From an uncultured Alphaproteobacteria bacterium (GTDB taxonomy: Bacteria > Pseudomonadota > Alphaproteobacteria > Sphingomonadales > Sphingomonadaceae): DNA of 64,000 nt. Position numbers and translations under genes: made by a program. The stretch covers positions 1,828-65,827 of the forward strand of contig CAWCWP010000003.1 in NCBI GenBank assembly GCA_963799315.1, given 5' to 3'. The notes beneath the pieces were generated by a model that saw nothing but the letters and a program-made list of their open reading frames with translations, was not told the origin of the DNA and searched no databases. How positions within the stretch are numbered: position 1 is the first letter of the stretch; every line of letters begins with the position of its first letter. Shown here piece by piece: positions 21,659 to 31,575 of this stretch.

Positions 21659-22678
21659 ATGGGCCCCAAAACTCCCTTTCTCGAAACTCCTGTTCTCGTC
21701 ACTGGCGGCGCAGGGTATATTGGCAGCCACGCAGTGCTGGCGCTGAAAGACGCAGGCTGGCCGGTCGCGGTGATCGACAATCTTGTCACCGGGTTCCGTT
21801 TTGCCGTGCCGGACGACGTGCCGTTTTATGAAGGCGACATTTCGGACCCTGCACTAATGGCCCGTATTTTTGCGGAGCAAGGCACAAAAGCGGTCATGCA
21901 TTTTGCCGGATCGGTGGTGGTGCCCGAATCGGTGGCGGACCCGCTGAAATATTACGACAACAACACCGTGAAGAGCCGCGCGCTGATCGCCGCTGCGGTG
22001 GCAGCGGGCGTGCCGCACATGATCTTCAGCAGCACCGCCGCGACCTATGGCACGCCCGATACCGAGACAGTGGACGAGGACGCGCCGCAGATTCCGATCA
22101 ACCCCTATGGCTGGTCCAAGCTGATGACCGAGCGCATGCTGGCCGACACCGCCGCCGCGCATCCGATGAACTACGGCGCGCTGCGCTACTTCAACGTGGC
22201 GGGGGCGGACCCGCAAGGGCGCACCGGCCAATCGACCGCTGGCGCGACGCATCTTATCAAGGTTGCGGTGGAAGCGGCGCTGGGCAAGCGCGACCATGTT
22301 GCGGTGTTCGGCACCGATTTCGATACGCCCGACGGCACCGGGATCCGCGATTACATCCATGTCAGCGACTTGGCCGCCGCGCATGTGCTGGCGCTGGAGG
22401 CGCTGGTCGCGCAGCCGGACCGCTCGCTGGTGATGAATTGCGGCTACGGGCGTGGTTTTTCCGTGATGGAGGTGCTGGATGCGGTGGACCGCGTGACGAA
22501 TATGACGCTGGACCGGCGCATGCAGCCGCGCCGCGCGGGCGATCCGGCAACGCTGATATCGGACCCGTCGCGCCTGCGCGCCACGCTGCCGTGGCAGCCG
22601 CAGCACGACAGCCTCGATACGATCGTGGCCCATGCGCTGGCGTGGGAGCGCCGCTTGGCCGAGCGGCAAAATCCTTGA
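21659..22678 (+). CDS. galE: UDP-glucose 4-epimerase
   Basis: VTGGAGYIGSH, SSTAATYG, YGWSK, LRYFNVAGAD, RDYIHVSDLA. Confidence 0.96.
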   Translation: MGPKTPFLETPVLVTGGAGYIGSHAVLALKDAGWPVAVIDNLVTGFRFAVPDDVPFYEGDISDPALMARIFAEQGTKAVMHFAGSVVVPESVADPLKYYDNNTVKSRALIAAAVAAGVPHMIFSSTAATYGTPDTETVDEDAPQIPINPYGWSKLMTERMLADTAAAHPMNYGALRYFNVAGADPQGRTGQSTAGATHLIKVAVEAALGKRDHVAVFGTDFDTPDGTGIRDYIHVSDLAAAHVLALEALVAQPDRSLVMNCGYGRGFSVMEVLDAVDRVTNMTLDRRMQPRRAGDPATLISDPSRLRATLPWQPQHDSLDTIVAHALAWERRLAERQNP

Positions 22679-22773
22679 CCTTTCGCTATGCCGACCGTAT
22701 TTGCGCCACCTGAAACAGCGGCATCGGAAGCGCAATTCCGGTGCCGTTTCGTATTTTACGGGAATCCCATATC

Positions 22774-22899
22774 ATGAAGATCCGCAACAGCCTCAAGTCG
22801 CTGAAGGGCCGCCATCGCGACTGCCGCGTCATCCGCCGCCGTGGCCGCACCTATGTCATCAACAAGACGAATCGCCGGTTCAAAGCCCGCCAGGGATAA
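22774..22899 (+). CDS. rpmJ: 50S ribosomal protein L36 (zinc-free type)
   Basis: Hand translation [41 protein letters not shown]; below ORF-track cutoff. Confidence 0.97.
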   Translation: MKIRNSLKSLKGRHRDCRVIRRRGRTYVINKTNRRFKARQG

Positions 22900-22962
22900 T
22901 TCTGGCCGGGCGCGCTTGCGGCCTCCGTCCTGCCCTTCTGCGCATAGCGAACCGGTTACGTT

Positions 22963-23205
22963 TCGTGAGAAGTAGGGTTTCTCGCAGAGACGCAGAGGAA
23001 AAGGAGACGCAGGGGTGCTTGCGCCTCTTGTCGTTTCTCGCACGGTTTGCCTCACGCACTCACTAAAATTAGGGCCTGCGGCGCAGCCGCTTTCATACCT
23101 CCGGCGTCTCGCGCGATATAATCGTTGCTCTTAAAGCGCCGGCGGCGAACTCCCTCCACGTCTCTCTTTCCTCTGCGTCTCTGCGAGAAACACTTTTCTT
23201 CACGA
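22963..23205. mobile_element. MITE-like palindromic element (CGCAGAG type), copy 1
   Basis: Perfect 25-bp inverted repeat GTTTCTCGCAGAGACGCAGAGGAAA (22977-23001 / 23167-23191), imperfectly extendable. Confidence 0.75.
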
Positions 23206-23227
23206 GCCCGCAATTCCGGACGCCGAC

Positions 23228-23845
23228 ATGACTAGACCCGAACCGCACATCGTCGTCTTCGATGTTGGTCGTGTCATCGTGCAGTGGGACATGCGCATCC
23301 TGCTGGACCGGCTTTACCCGGACCCCGCCGAGGCCGACTGGGCGTATGAGAACGTCATCACCCGCAGCTGGCACGGCGAGCACGATGCGGGCCGCGCCAT
23401 CGATACGCTGGTTGCCGAACGCAGCGCCTCGTTTCCTGACCATGCCGATGCCATCGCCGCCTATCGCGATCGCTGGCTGGAGACCATTCCCAGCCCCGTA
23501 CCCGGTACCGCCTCGCTGATCGAGCGGCTCGATGCGGCGAATGTCCCACTCTACGCGATCACCAATTTCGGCAGCGATTTCTGGCGGATGTTTCGCCCGA
23601 CGCAGCCGGTGCTTGGCCTGTTCCGCGATATCGTGGTGTCGGGCGACGAGAAACTGGTGAAGCCGGGGCGCGCGATTTTCGACCTGGCGGCGCAGCGGTT
23701 CGGACATGCGCCGGGCGAGATGCTGTTCATCGACGACACGCTGGCAAATTGCGAAACTGCGGCACGTCTGGGGTGGCACACGCATCATTTCACCGACGCA
23801 GAGGCGCTGGAAACCGACTTGCGCGCACGCAGTCTCCTAACCTGA
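23228..23845 (+). CDS. HAD family phosphatase
   Basis: VVFDVGRV, ITN, KP, FIDD motifs. Confidence 0.9.
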   Translation: MTRPEPHIVVFDVGRVIVQWDMRILLDRLYPDPAEADWAYENVITRSWHGEHDAGRAIDTLVAERSASFPDHADAIAAYRDRWLETIPSPVPGTASLIERLDAANVPLYAITNFGSDFWRMFRPTQPVLGLFRDIVVSGDEKLVKPGRAIFDLAAQRFGHAPGEMLFIDDTLANCETAARLGWHTHHFTDAEALETDLRARSLLT

Positions 23846-23852
23846 CACGCAT

Positions 23853-23889
23853 AAAAAAGCGGGCTTCCGATGCACTGCACCGAAAGCCC
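23853..23889 (-). terminator. Intrinsic terminator of the minus-strand 23942-24238 transcript
   Basis: Minus strand GCGGGCTTTCGG..CGGAAGCCCGC followed by TTTTTT. Confidence 0.75.
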
Positions 23890-23941
23890 GCAAGACCGCC
23901 GACCCCTGCGAGGATGAAGCAGGGCGGCAGGGTTGGGAAAC

Positions 23942-24238
23942 CTACGCCTTGTTGCACTTCGCCAGCGCAGCGGCGTCGAGCGTCTCGTCGCCTGCGGTGA
24001 AGCTGGCGATGTCGCCCACTTCGCGCTGGAGACGCGAACACACGGTCGCATCGCGGCGTCCGTTCTTTGCGGCGACACAGGTCGTACCCGCACAACGCCA
24101 CAATATGCGCCCGGCGATGACTGTTTCCGCCTTTACGGGCTTCACGGTCTGGACCGTGTAATGAATGTCGCGCGCCTGCGCCGGCGTGGCGAGCATGGCA
24201 GTGGCGAGAGCGGCGGCGGAGAAAATACGAAGGGTCAT
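23942..24238 (-). CDS. Small secreted Cys-containing protein (CC_3452-like)
   Basis: Signal peptide AQA, WRCAGTTC..C..L.REVG..F, LAKCN; AGGA RBS. Confidence 0.75.
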   Translation of the reverse strand: MTLRIFSAAALATAMLATPAQARDIHYTVQTVKPVKAETVIAGRILWRCAGTTCVAAKNGRRDATVCSRLQREVGDIASFTAGDETLDAAALAKCNKA

Positions 24239-24304
24239 GGGCAATTCCTGAAATGGTGTGCCACGCAAAGTCGCTGGCACGCCCTGCCTGCTGCGGTGCA
24301 CAAC

Positions 24305-24349
24305 AGGTTGCAATTCGCTACTTATCAAATAGATTGCGGATTGCAACCT
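24305..24349. promoter_or_regulatory. Two palindromic operators, probable HxlR binding sites
   Basis: AGGTTGC-N5-GCTACTT (24305-24323) and AGATTGC-N5-GCAACCT (24331-24349) between divergent genes. Confidence 0.65.
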
Positions 24350-24420
24350 ATTTTTCGGCGCTTTCCTGCATCGTCAAAACGCGATAGCGCATCGTTCCGA
24401 CAGTTTGGGGGAGGGCTGAC

Positions 24421-24918
24421 ATGGGCGACATACGCGAACCATTGCGCGAATTGACCGTGTGCGGCCTGCCCGAAGCGCTGGAAGTCATGGGCGAACGCTG
24501 GGCTTTCATGATCCTTCGCGCGAGTTTCAATGGCCTGCATCATTTCGAGGAATTCCTGAGCGAGTTGGGCATCGCCCGCAACATCCTGTCGAACCGGCTG
24601 GTCAAGCTGGTGAACGCTGGCATCCTCGACCGCCAGCCTAGCGTCGATGATCGCCGACGCGTGGAATACCGCCTGACCGAAAAGGGTGTCGACCTGCTGC
24701 CGGCCATGATCGCACTGCGCCAATGGGGGCAGAAATACGGGACCGAGATGGTAGAGGATCCGGTGCTTACCGATGAACGCGACCGCCTGCCCATCGGGCC
24801 GGTGTCGATTCTGTCGCATGACGGACGCGCCCTGACGCTGGACGATCTGTGGCTGACATTGCGAGACGAGCTGGGCAAGCGACCGGACGGTACGGTGGCG
24901 AAGCCCGCTGCCAGCTAA
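24421..24918 (+). CDS. HxlR/DUF24 winged-helix regulator
   Basis: CGLPEALEVMGERW, LSNRL, VEYRLTEKG, ALRQWG. Confidence 0.92.
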   Translation: MGDIREPLRELTVCGLPEALEVMGERWAFMILRASFNGLHHFEEFLSELGIARNILSNRLVKLVNAGILDRQPSVDDRRRVEYRLTEKGVDLLPAMIALRQWGQKYGTEMVEDPVLTDERDRLPIGPVSILSHDGRALTLDDLWLTLRDELGKRPDGTVAKPAAS

Positions 24919-24922
24919 GGGA

Positions 24923-25237
24923 ATGGGCGGTTCCGACGACGTCGAACGTACACCCGATGGCCGCTATATCATCGTGCGCGGCAGACTGTGGCGGGCAACC
25001 AACCCGAACCTGCCCGAAGCCGAACGCCAACGCTGGGTCGATGCCCTGATGAACGCCCGCCGCGCCGTCCGCGATGCACTGAAAACGGAGGATGACGACA
25101 CGCTGAAAAAGGCGCGCGCGTCGGTGCAGGAAGCCAAGGTCGCACTTGGCGAACGCGGGCCGGTCTGGTGGGACGACGGCGCGAAGGACTGGAACCGGTA
25201 TCTGGTGAAGAATACGCCGTACAGACCCGGTTCTTAA
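24923..25237 (+). CDS. Conserved hypothetical protein
   Basis: TPDGRYIIVRGRLWR..AKVALGERGPVWW..NTPY; host-like codon usage. Confidence 0.8.
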   Translation: MGGSDDVERTPDGRYIIVRGRLWRATNPNLPEAERQRWVDALMNARRAVRDALKTEDDDTLKKARASVQEAKVALGERGPVWWDDGAKDWNRYLVKNTPYRPGS

Positions 25238-26364
25238 GAGAAGAGCTCGCTACTGACGTGAAGCAAGCGACCGGAGAAAGCGCGCTCTATCTCACAATAA
25301 TTGTGCTCAAGCCATTTGATCATATCTGGCCAATTGTCTTGGGTGTAACCTTGTACCGGCTTTTTCGAACTGATGATGCTAACGCGCTTTGCATCCTTAC
25401 GAAACCAATCGAGCGAAACATCCGCCTCATTTTCGATGGCCTCTTTCTGCATCACTAGTTTATCGAAAAGCTCCTTATTTTCTTCGGCATCGGATCTGTT
25501 GATATGCAACTCCACCCGAATTTCGTGCCGCAGGAATATCAGAACGATTTGACAACCTGACACTCCGGTACTGGATGTAAGCCAATGATCGCGCGAAGAA
25601 GAAATATTTTGCCAGCGATCAAGGCTCTTCTTTCGAAACACATTTAAAAGCTTGTCCCAAAACTCTAGACGCATTTGATGGCTCCATTGTTTGGCACCTT
25701 TTACGTTTTTTTCCTCCGAGTCCTTTTCGACCATTCGAATCATATAATCGGCCGCTTCCGGAGGCGGAATGACTTGCTGGATGTCGACAAACAGGTTTTC
25801 TTGAAACTCAAATGGCACCACCTTGACGCATCGTGCGTCAATTTGGTGCTCTCGCAGCCATAACACTGTCGCGGTGACTTCGCGTCGGAAGTTGGCCGCG
25901 ATGAAAATAATCCGCTGATTATTCCCTTCGTTTAAGAGAATTTCCTCCAAAGAATCTTCTTCAAGAAACTCACATATCAGTGACGTGGCATCTCCATCAC
26001 CATAACGATCTAAATATTGCTGAAATATCGTGGCGATTTCGGCTTTGCGAAGGCTCGAGCAATACGCCGCGTATTTCAAGGCTTGCCATACGACGTCGCG
26101 ACCGGAGTCATCCAGCTTGTTCTCGATCACGACAAGCTGACCTTCTTTGTCGAGTGCGAGAAGGTCCAGCCGTTCCTTTGTGCCGTTGAAGCCGTCAAAT
26201 TCCTTCTGAATAATCATCAATTCTTCGCCGATTGCCCTTTCCAACGCATCTGGCGAAGCAGCCAACCATTCTTGAAGATGCTCTCTTTCGCGAAAGCCGG
26301 CCTTTGAAAAAGTAGTCTGGGTTAACCCGAGAAGGCGATTTGCAGTTCGATCGACTCGAAACAC
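25234..26364 (-). CDS. NucS/EndoMS-like PD-(D/E)XK nuclease with DUF4268-like C-terminal domain
   Basis: ERxHLQEWL, QKEF, RLDLLALD..VIENK, QALKY; GTG start after GAGG; visibly lower GC than flanks. Confidence 0.75.
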   Translation of the reverse strand: MFRVDRTANRLLGLTQTTFSKAGFREREHLQEWLAASPDALERAIGEELMIIQKEFDGFNGTKERLDLLALDKEGQLVVIENKLDDSGRDVVWQALKYAAYCSSLRKAEIATIFQQYLDRYGDGDATSLICEFLEEDSLEEILLNEGNNQRIIFIAANFRREVTATVLWLREHQIDARCVKVVPFEFQENLFVDIQQVIPPPEAADYMIRMVEKDSEEKNVKGAKQWSHQMRLEFWDKLLNVFRKKSLDRWQNISSSRDHWLTSSTGVSGCQIVLIFLRHEIRVELHINRSDAEENKELFDKLVMQKEAIENEADVSLDWFRKDAKRVSIISSKKPVQGYTQDNWPDMIKWLEHNYCEIERAFSGRLLHVSSELFS

Positions 26365-26381
26365 ATAAACCTCTTTCTTTT

Positions 26382-27891
26382 CTACGCCCGCGGCGGTTGC
26401 CGCCGGTAACTCAGCGCCTCGGCGATATGGATGCGGCCGACCTGTTCCGCGCCTGCCAGATCGGCGATGGTGCGGGCGACGCGCAGCATTCGGGTGTAGC
26501 CGCGTGCGGACAGGCGCATGGCTTCGGCGGCCTGCATCAGCAGGGTGCGGCCTGCTTCGTCCGGTCCGGCGAATGTCTCCAGCGCGTCGCCCTGCAATCC
26601 GGCATTGGTGCGCGCGCCGGTTTCCTCGAACCGCGCGGCCTGTACCTCGCGCGCGGCGGCGACGCGGGCGGCGACTGTCTGCGCTGTCCTCGCCGGTCGG
26701 CGGCAGGGCCATATCCGCCGCGCTGACGGGATCGACATCGACATGCAGGTCGATCCGGTCGAGCATCGGGCCGCTGACCTTGCTCTGGTAATCCGCCGCG
26801 CATTTCGGCGCGCGCGAACAGGCGAGCGCCGGATCGCCCAGATGGCCGCAGCGGCACGGGTTCATCGCCGCGACCAGCTGGACTTGCGCGGGATACGTGA
26901 CATGCGCATTGGCGCGGGCGATATCGACGGTGCCGGTCTCCAGCGGCTGGCGCAGCGAATCGAGCACGGCGCGCTGGAATTCGGGCAGTTCGTCGAGGAA
27001 CAAGACGCCCAGATGCGCCAGGCTGACCTCGCCCGGTTTCACCTTCAGCCCGCCGCCGGTCAGCGCCGCCATGCTGGCCGAATGGTGCGGCGCGCGAAAC
27101 GGGCGAGCGCGGCTGATGCGGCCGCCTTCCAGCGTGCCCGCGACCGATTGCACCATGCTGACTTCCAGCGCTTCGGCGGGCGAAAGCTCGGGCAGGATGC
27201 CGGGCAGGCAGCTGGCGAGCAGGCTCTTGCCCGCCCCCGGCGGCCCGACCATCAGCAGGTTGTGTCCGCCCGCCGCCGCGATCTCCAGCGCGCGCTTGGC
27301 GGTTTCCTGCCCCTTGACCTGCTTGAGGTCGGGGCCGGGCGCGATCGGCTCCACCTCGCCCGCACCGGGCAATGGCAGTTGCGACGTGCCTTTCAGGTGG
27401 GCGAGCAAGGCGACGAGGTCGGGCGCGGCGCAGACCGACACGCCGCTGGCCCAGCGCGCCTCGGCACCCTGCGATGCCGGACAGATCAGCCCGGCATCCT
27501 GTTCGTTGGCATGGATCGCGGCGAGCAGCACACCGGGGCTGGCGGCGATGCGTCCGTCCAGCGCCAGTTCGCCCACCGCGATCCAGTCGCCCAGTTGTTC
27601 GGCATCGGTCACGCCCATCGCCGCCAGCAGCGCCAGCGCGATGGGCAGGTCGTAATGGCTGCCTTCCTTGGGCAGGTCGGCGGGGGAGAGGTTGATGGTG
27701 ATGCGTTTGGGCGGCAGGGCCAGCGCCATTGCGGACAGCGCGGCGCGCACCCGCTCCTTGCTTTCGCCCACCGCCTTGTTCGCAAGGCCGACGATGTCGA
27801 AGCGCGGCAGGCCGGGCGCGACCGAGCATTGCACCTCCACCGCGCGCGCCTCCAGCCCCAGATAGGCGACCGTCCTGACCAGTGCGACCAT
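26382..27891 (-). CDS. comM: YifB/ComM Mg-chelatase-like AAA+ ATPase (frameshift near 26690)
   Basis: NLSPADLPKEGSHYDLPIA, GPPGAGKS, PFRAPHH, LFLDELPEF, LSARG..RVARTIADL. Confidence 0.92.
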
Positions 27892-28063
27892 ATGTTTGAA
27901 CTCCCCCGCTATTCGCCACACGGGATGGCAACAGAGCGCGGACAAGTCGAGCGGCAATACACGGCAACTGTCCCGTTTCGGCGCGATCGGGCGGCGAATG
28001 CCTAACGCGCGGGTAACTTCGACGGGTGGCAGTTGGTAAGATGCCGGCGCGGAGAGAGCGGGC

Positions 28064-28843
28064 ATGTCCTTCGCCGCCCGCTTGCTTTCCCTGATTTGCG
28101 CCGCACTCGCTTTCGCGTGCCGCACCGGCCCATGCGCAGATGCTGAGCGTGGAGACGTGGATGGAGGAATGGAACCCGCCACGCAAAGCTGGGTGCGGAT
28201 CGACCCGGACGCGCCCCGGTCCGCCGACCGCTTCGTATCGACCGCGCGCATCCCGGCACGCAAGGCAATTGCCCGCTATGGTCCGTTCCATGTCATCAAT
28301 GCCCGCCGCGCCGCGCTGATGGATGTGACCGACGCTGCCAGCCCCGCGCATTTCCGCGCCATGCTGCGCGATTATCCGCAGCTGGCCACGCTGGCGCTGG
28401 TGGAGGCACCCGGCACGCAGGATGATCGCGGCAATCTGGCGGTCGGGCGCATGATCCGTGCCGCCGGTATCGCCACCCACGTCCCCGCCGATGGCTCGGT
28501 GCGGTCGGGCGCGGTGGAGCTGTTCCTGGCGGGCAGGGAGCGCCGGATCGACGATGGCGCGGAGTTCGCGGTGCATAGCTGGATCGACAATACCGGGCGC
28601 GAGGCGGATGATTACGCCGCCGATGCCGAAGCCAACCGGACCTATCTGGACTATTACGCCGAAATGGGCATGACCGACGCGCAGGCCCGCGCGTTTTATG
28701 CCATGACCAATTCGGTGCCGCACGCGCAGGCGCGGTGGATGACGGCAGACGACATGCGCGGCTGGCTGCCTGCGAAAAAAGCCGCTCCGGTTGCGCCGCG
28801 TATCGCGTTCGCAAACCTTGACTCCGTACCGCTGCTGCCATAG
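28064..28843 (+). CDS. Secreted ClpP/crotonase-like hypothetical protein
   Basis: Signal peptide, PG, RSGAVELFLAG, FAVHSW. Confidence 0.6.
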   Translation: MSFAARLLSLICAALAFACRTGPCADAERGDVDGGMEPATQSWVRIDPDAPRSADRFVSTARIPARKAIARYGPFHVINARRAALMDVTDAASPAHFRAMLRDYPQLATLALVEAPGTQDDRGNLAVGRMIRAAGIATHVPADGSVRSGAVELFLAGRERRIDDGAEFAVHSWIDNTGREADDYAADAEANRTYLDYYAEMGMTDAQARAFYAMTNSVPHAQARWMTADDMRGWLPAKKAAPVAPRIAFANLDSVPLLP

Positions 28844-28861
28844 TTGCCCTGACTACAAGAC

Positions 28862-28890
28862 GGTCGTCCGACGGGGCGGCCCTTTTTATT
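28862..28890 (+). terminator. Hairpin plus U-tract upstream of rpmH
   Basis: GGTCGTCC-GACG-GGGCGGCC then CTTTTTATTT. Confidence 0.6.
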
Positions 28891-28948
28891 TGATGTAGTT
28901 TATTTGCCGCAGGCCATCCTGCGAACTGCCGGATTTCAAGGACACGAC

Positions 28949-29083
28949 ATGAAGCGCACATTCCAGCCCAGCAATCTCGTGCGTTCACGCCGGCACGGGT
29001 TCTTTGCGCGCAAGGCCACCGTCGGTGGCCGCAATGTCCTGCGCAACCGCCGCCGTCGCGGTCGCAAGAAACTGAGCGCCTGA
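28949..29083 (+). CDS. rpmH: 50S ribosomal protein L34
   Basis: Hand translation [44 protein letters not shown]. Confidence 0.97.
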   Translation: MKRTFQPSNLVRSRRHGFFARKATVGGRNVLRNRRRRGRKKLSA

Positions 29084-29106
29084 ATTGACGGCGCGGTGCT
29101 TGTCGG

Positions 29107-29545
29107 GTGAGCGATACGCCTCCTGACGCGGCGCCCCTGACAACGATCCGCAAACGTGCGGATTTCCTTGCCGCCAATCGAGGCCTGCGCGTGGCGCGGC
29201 CCGGCTTCGTGCTGCTGACGCGGCCCAATGAGCTGACCGAAACCGGTGCGATGCGGTTCGGCATCACCGTCACCAAGAAAATCGGCAATGCGGTGGTCCG
29301 CAACCGCATGAAGCGGCGTTTCCGCGAATTGCTGCGTGCGGCCTTGCCCGAACGCGGGCTGGCGGGGCACGACCACATCCTGATCGGGCGCGACACCGGC
29401 GTGGAGCGTGATTTCGACCTGTTGCGTGCCGAGCTTGATCGCGCTTTGGAGAAGGCTGCGGCGGGCAAGGGCGATGCGCCGCGCGCACCGGTCGCGCGGT
29501 CGCGGGCGCGGCAGCAAAGCCGGACCAGGCCGGGGTCGGCGATGA
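29107..29545 (+). CDS. rnpA: Ribonuclease P protein component (3' end apparently frameshifted into yidD)
   Basis: [24 protein letters not shown]. Confidence 0.93.
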
Positions 29546-29751
29546 AATATCTGCTGATCGGCATTGCACGCGCGTGGCAATGGGGGCCGTCGCGCATCCT
29601 GCCACCCACCTGCCGCTTCACGCCGTCCTGTTCGCAATACGCCATCGAGGCTTTGCAAAAGCACGGCGCAATCAGGGGTGGATGGATGGCGGGGAAGCGC
29701 CTATTGCGCTGCCACCCTTGGGGCGGGCATGGCTACGATCCCGTTCCGTGA
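29542..29751 (+). CDS. yidD: Membrane protein insertion efficiency factor
   Basis: [28 protein letters not shown]. Confidence 0.93.
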   Translation: MKYLLIGIARAWQWGPSRILPPTCRFTPSCSQYAIEALQKHGAIRGGWMAGKRLLRCHPWGGHGYDPVP

Positions 29752-29789
29752 CTCCCCCGCCTTCCCGCAACAGGACGTAAGCACACCTC

Positions 29790-31575
29790 TTGGAAAACCA
29801 GCGCAACCTGATCCTCGCCGTGGTGCTGTGCGGCCTGCTGCTGTTGGGCTGGGACATGGCGGTGCGCGAATTCTATCCCGAACCCGCCCCGACCGAGGAA
29901 ATCGCCGACGCGACACAGGCCGCTGCCCCTGCGGTGGCGTCGCGGGTGGCGCCGCGCGCGACGGCGGGTTGATCGATCCCGCAGATGTCGCGACCCGCAC
30001 TATCGACCTGGACACGGAGCTGGTTTCCGCAAACCGCATAAAGATCGCCGCGCCGGAGATGGATAGGTTCGATCAATCCGGTCGGCGCGCGCATCGACGA
30101 TATCACGCTGTCCACCCATCGCCAGACGGTGGAGCAGGAGAGCGGCCCGGTCCGCATTTTCTCGCCCGCCGGCACCGCCGGCACAGCATTTTGCGCAGTT
30201 CGGCTGGGCGGGCGAGGGTATCACGCTGCCGACTGTGAAGACGGTGTGGCAGGCCGAAGGCGGGCCGCTTGCGCCCGGATGCCCCGGTGACGTTGCGCTG
30301 GGACAATGGCGAGGGCCAGCGCTTCACCATCCTGCTGACGGTCGACGATCATTACATGATTACCGCGCGCCAGACGGTCGCCAATACCGGCACCGCGCCC
30401 GTTGTTGTGCAACCGCGCGCCGGCGTCATCCGCACCAGCGAAACCGCCAGCGCCGATGCCTTCAACGTGCATTCCGGCCCCATCGGCAGTTTCGGCGAAG
30501 GGGTGAATTTCGGCCCCGACTATTCGGACCTTGCGGATGATGTCGCCGAAGGGCGCATCGAAGGGACGCCGCACTGGCTCGGCTTCACCGATATCTACTG
30601 GCTCAGCGCCGTCATCCCGCAGGCGCGCGCCGATGTCGATGCCGATTTCGTCTCGCTGGGCGATGATGCGCTATGTCGCGCGCATGACCTATGCGCCGCA
30701 GACGGTCGGCGCCGGGCGGCAGGTGACCCGCACCACGCAGCTGTTCGCAGGGGCCAAGGAAAGCGCCATCCTCGACGCAGTACGAGGCGGCGGGCGTCTA
30801 CAAGTTCGGCAATGCGATCGACTGGGGCTGGTTCGGCTGGATCGCGCGCCCGATCTGGTGGCTGCTGACCAACCTGTTCGCATTGGTCGGCAATTTCGGC
30901 GTGGCGATCATCCTGATGACGTTGCTGATCCGGCTGGTGCTGTTCCCGATCGCGCAGAAACAGTTCGCCTCGATGGCACAGATGAAGGCCATCCAGCCCA
31001 AGATGAAAGCGCTTCAGGACCGCTACAAGGACGACAAGCAGAAGCAGCAGCAGGAAATCATGGCGCTGTACAAGAAGGAGAAGGTCAATCCGCTGGCCGG
31101 CTGCCTTCCGCTGATCGTGCAGATCCCGATTTTCTTTGCGCTCTACAAAACGCTGATTTTGGCGATCGAGATGCGGCACCAGCCCTTTGTGCTGTGGATC
31201 AAGGATTTGAGCGCGCCCGATCCGGCCAAGATTCTCAACCTGTTCGGCCTGCTGCCGTTCGATCCGCCCAGCTTCCTCGGCATCGGCATCCTCGCCATCC
31301 TGCTGGGCGTGACGATGTGGGCGACGTTCAAGCTGAACCCGACCGCGATCGACCCGATGCAGAAGCAGATCTTCGCAATCATGCCGTGGATGCTGATGTT
31401 CGTGATGGCCCCGTTTGCCGCCGGTCTGTTGCTGTACTGGGTGACCAACAACATCCTGACGCTGGCGCAGCAGAGCTATCTCTATTCGAAGCATCCGCAG
31501 CTGAAAGCCGCCGCCGCAAAGGCGCAGGAAGACGCGGCGCGCGATGCGGAGCGGGACAAGAAGAGCAAGGCGTGA
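29790..31575 (+). CDS. yidC: Membrane protein insertase YidC (several frameshifts)
   Basis: NQRNLILAVVL, WLGFTDIYW, GNFGVAII, NPLAGCLP, WIKDLSAPDP, GLLLYW spread over frames. Confidence 0.92.

Noticed and set aside
23853-23941. SRP RNA (ffs) or tRNA
   Set aside because: Lacks the SRP CAGG..GGAA..AGCAG loop and any cloverleaf or T-loop
25234-28263. 1009-aa ComM-nuclease fusion ORF
   Set aside because: A frameshift near 26690 diverts comM; its true C-terminus is in ORF 26382-26744 and the nuclease has its own RBS and GTG
29107-29751. RnpA-YidD fusion protein
   Set aside because: A shifted frame gives a basic RnpA tail ([18 protein letters not shown]) ending in TGA overlapping the yidD ATG; consistent with an indel error
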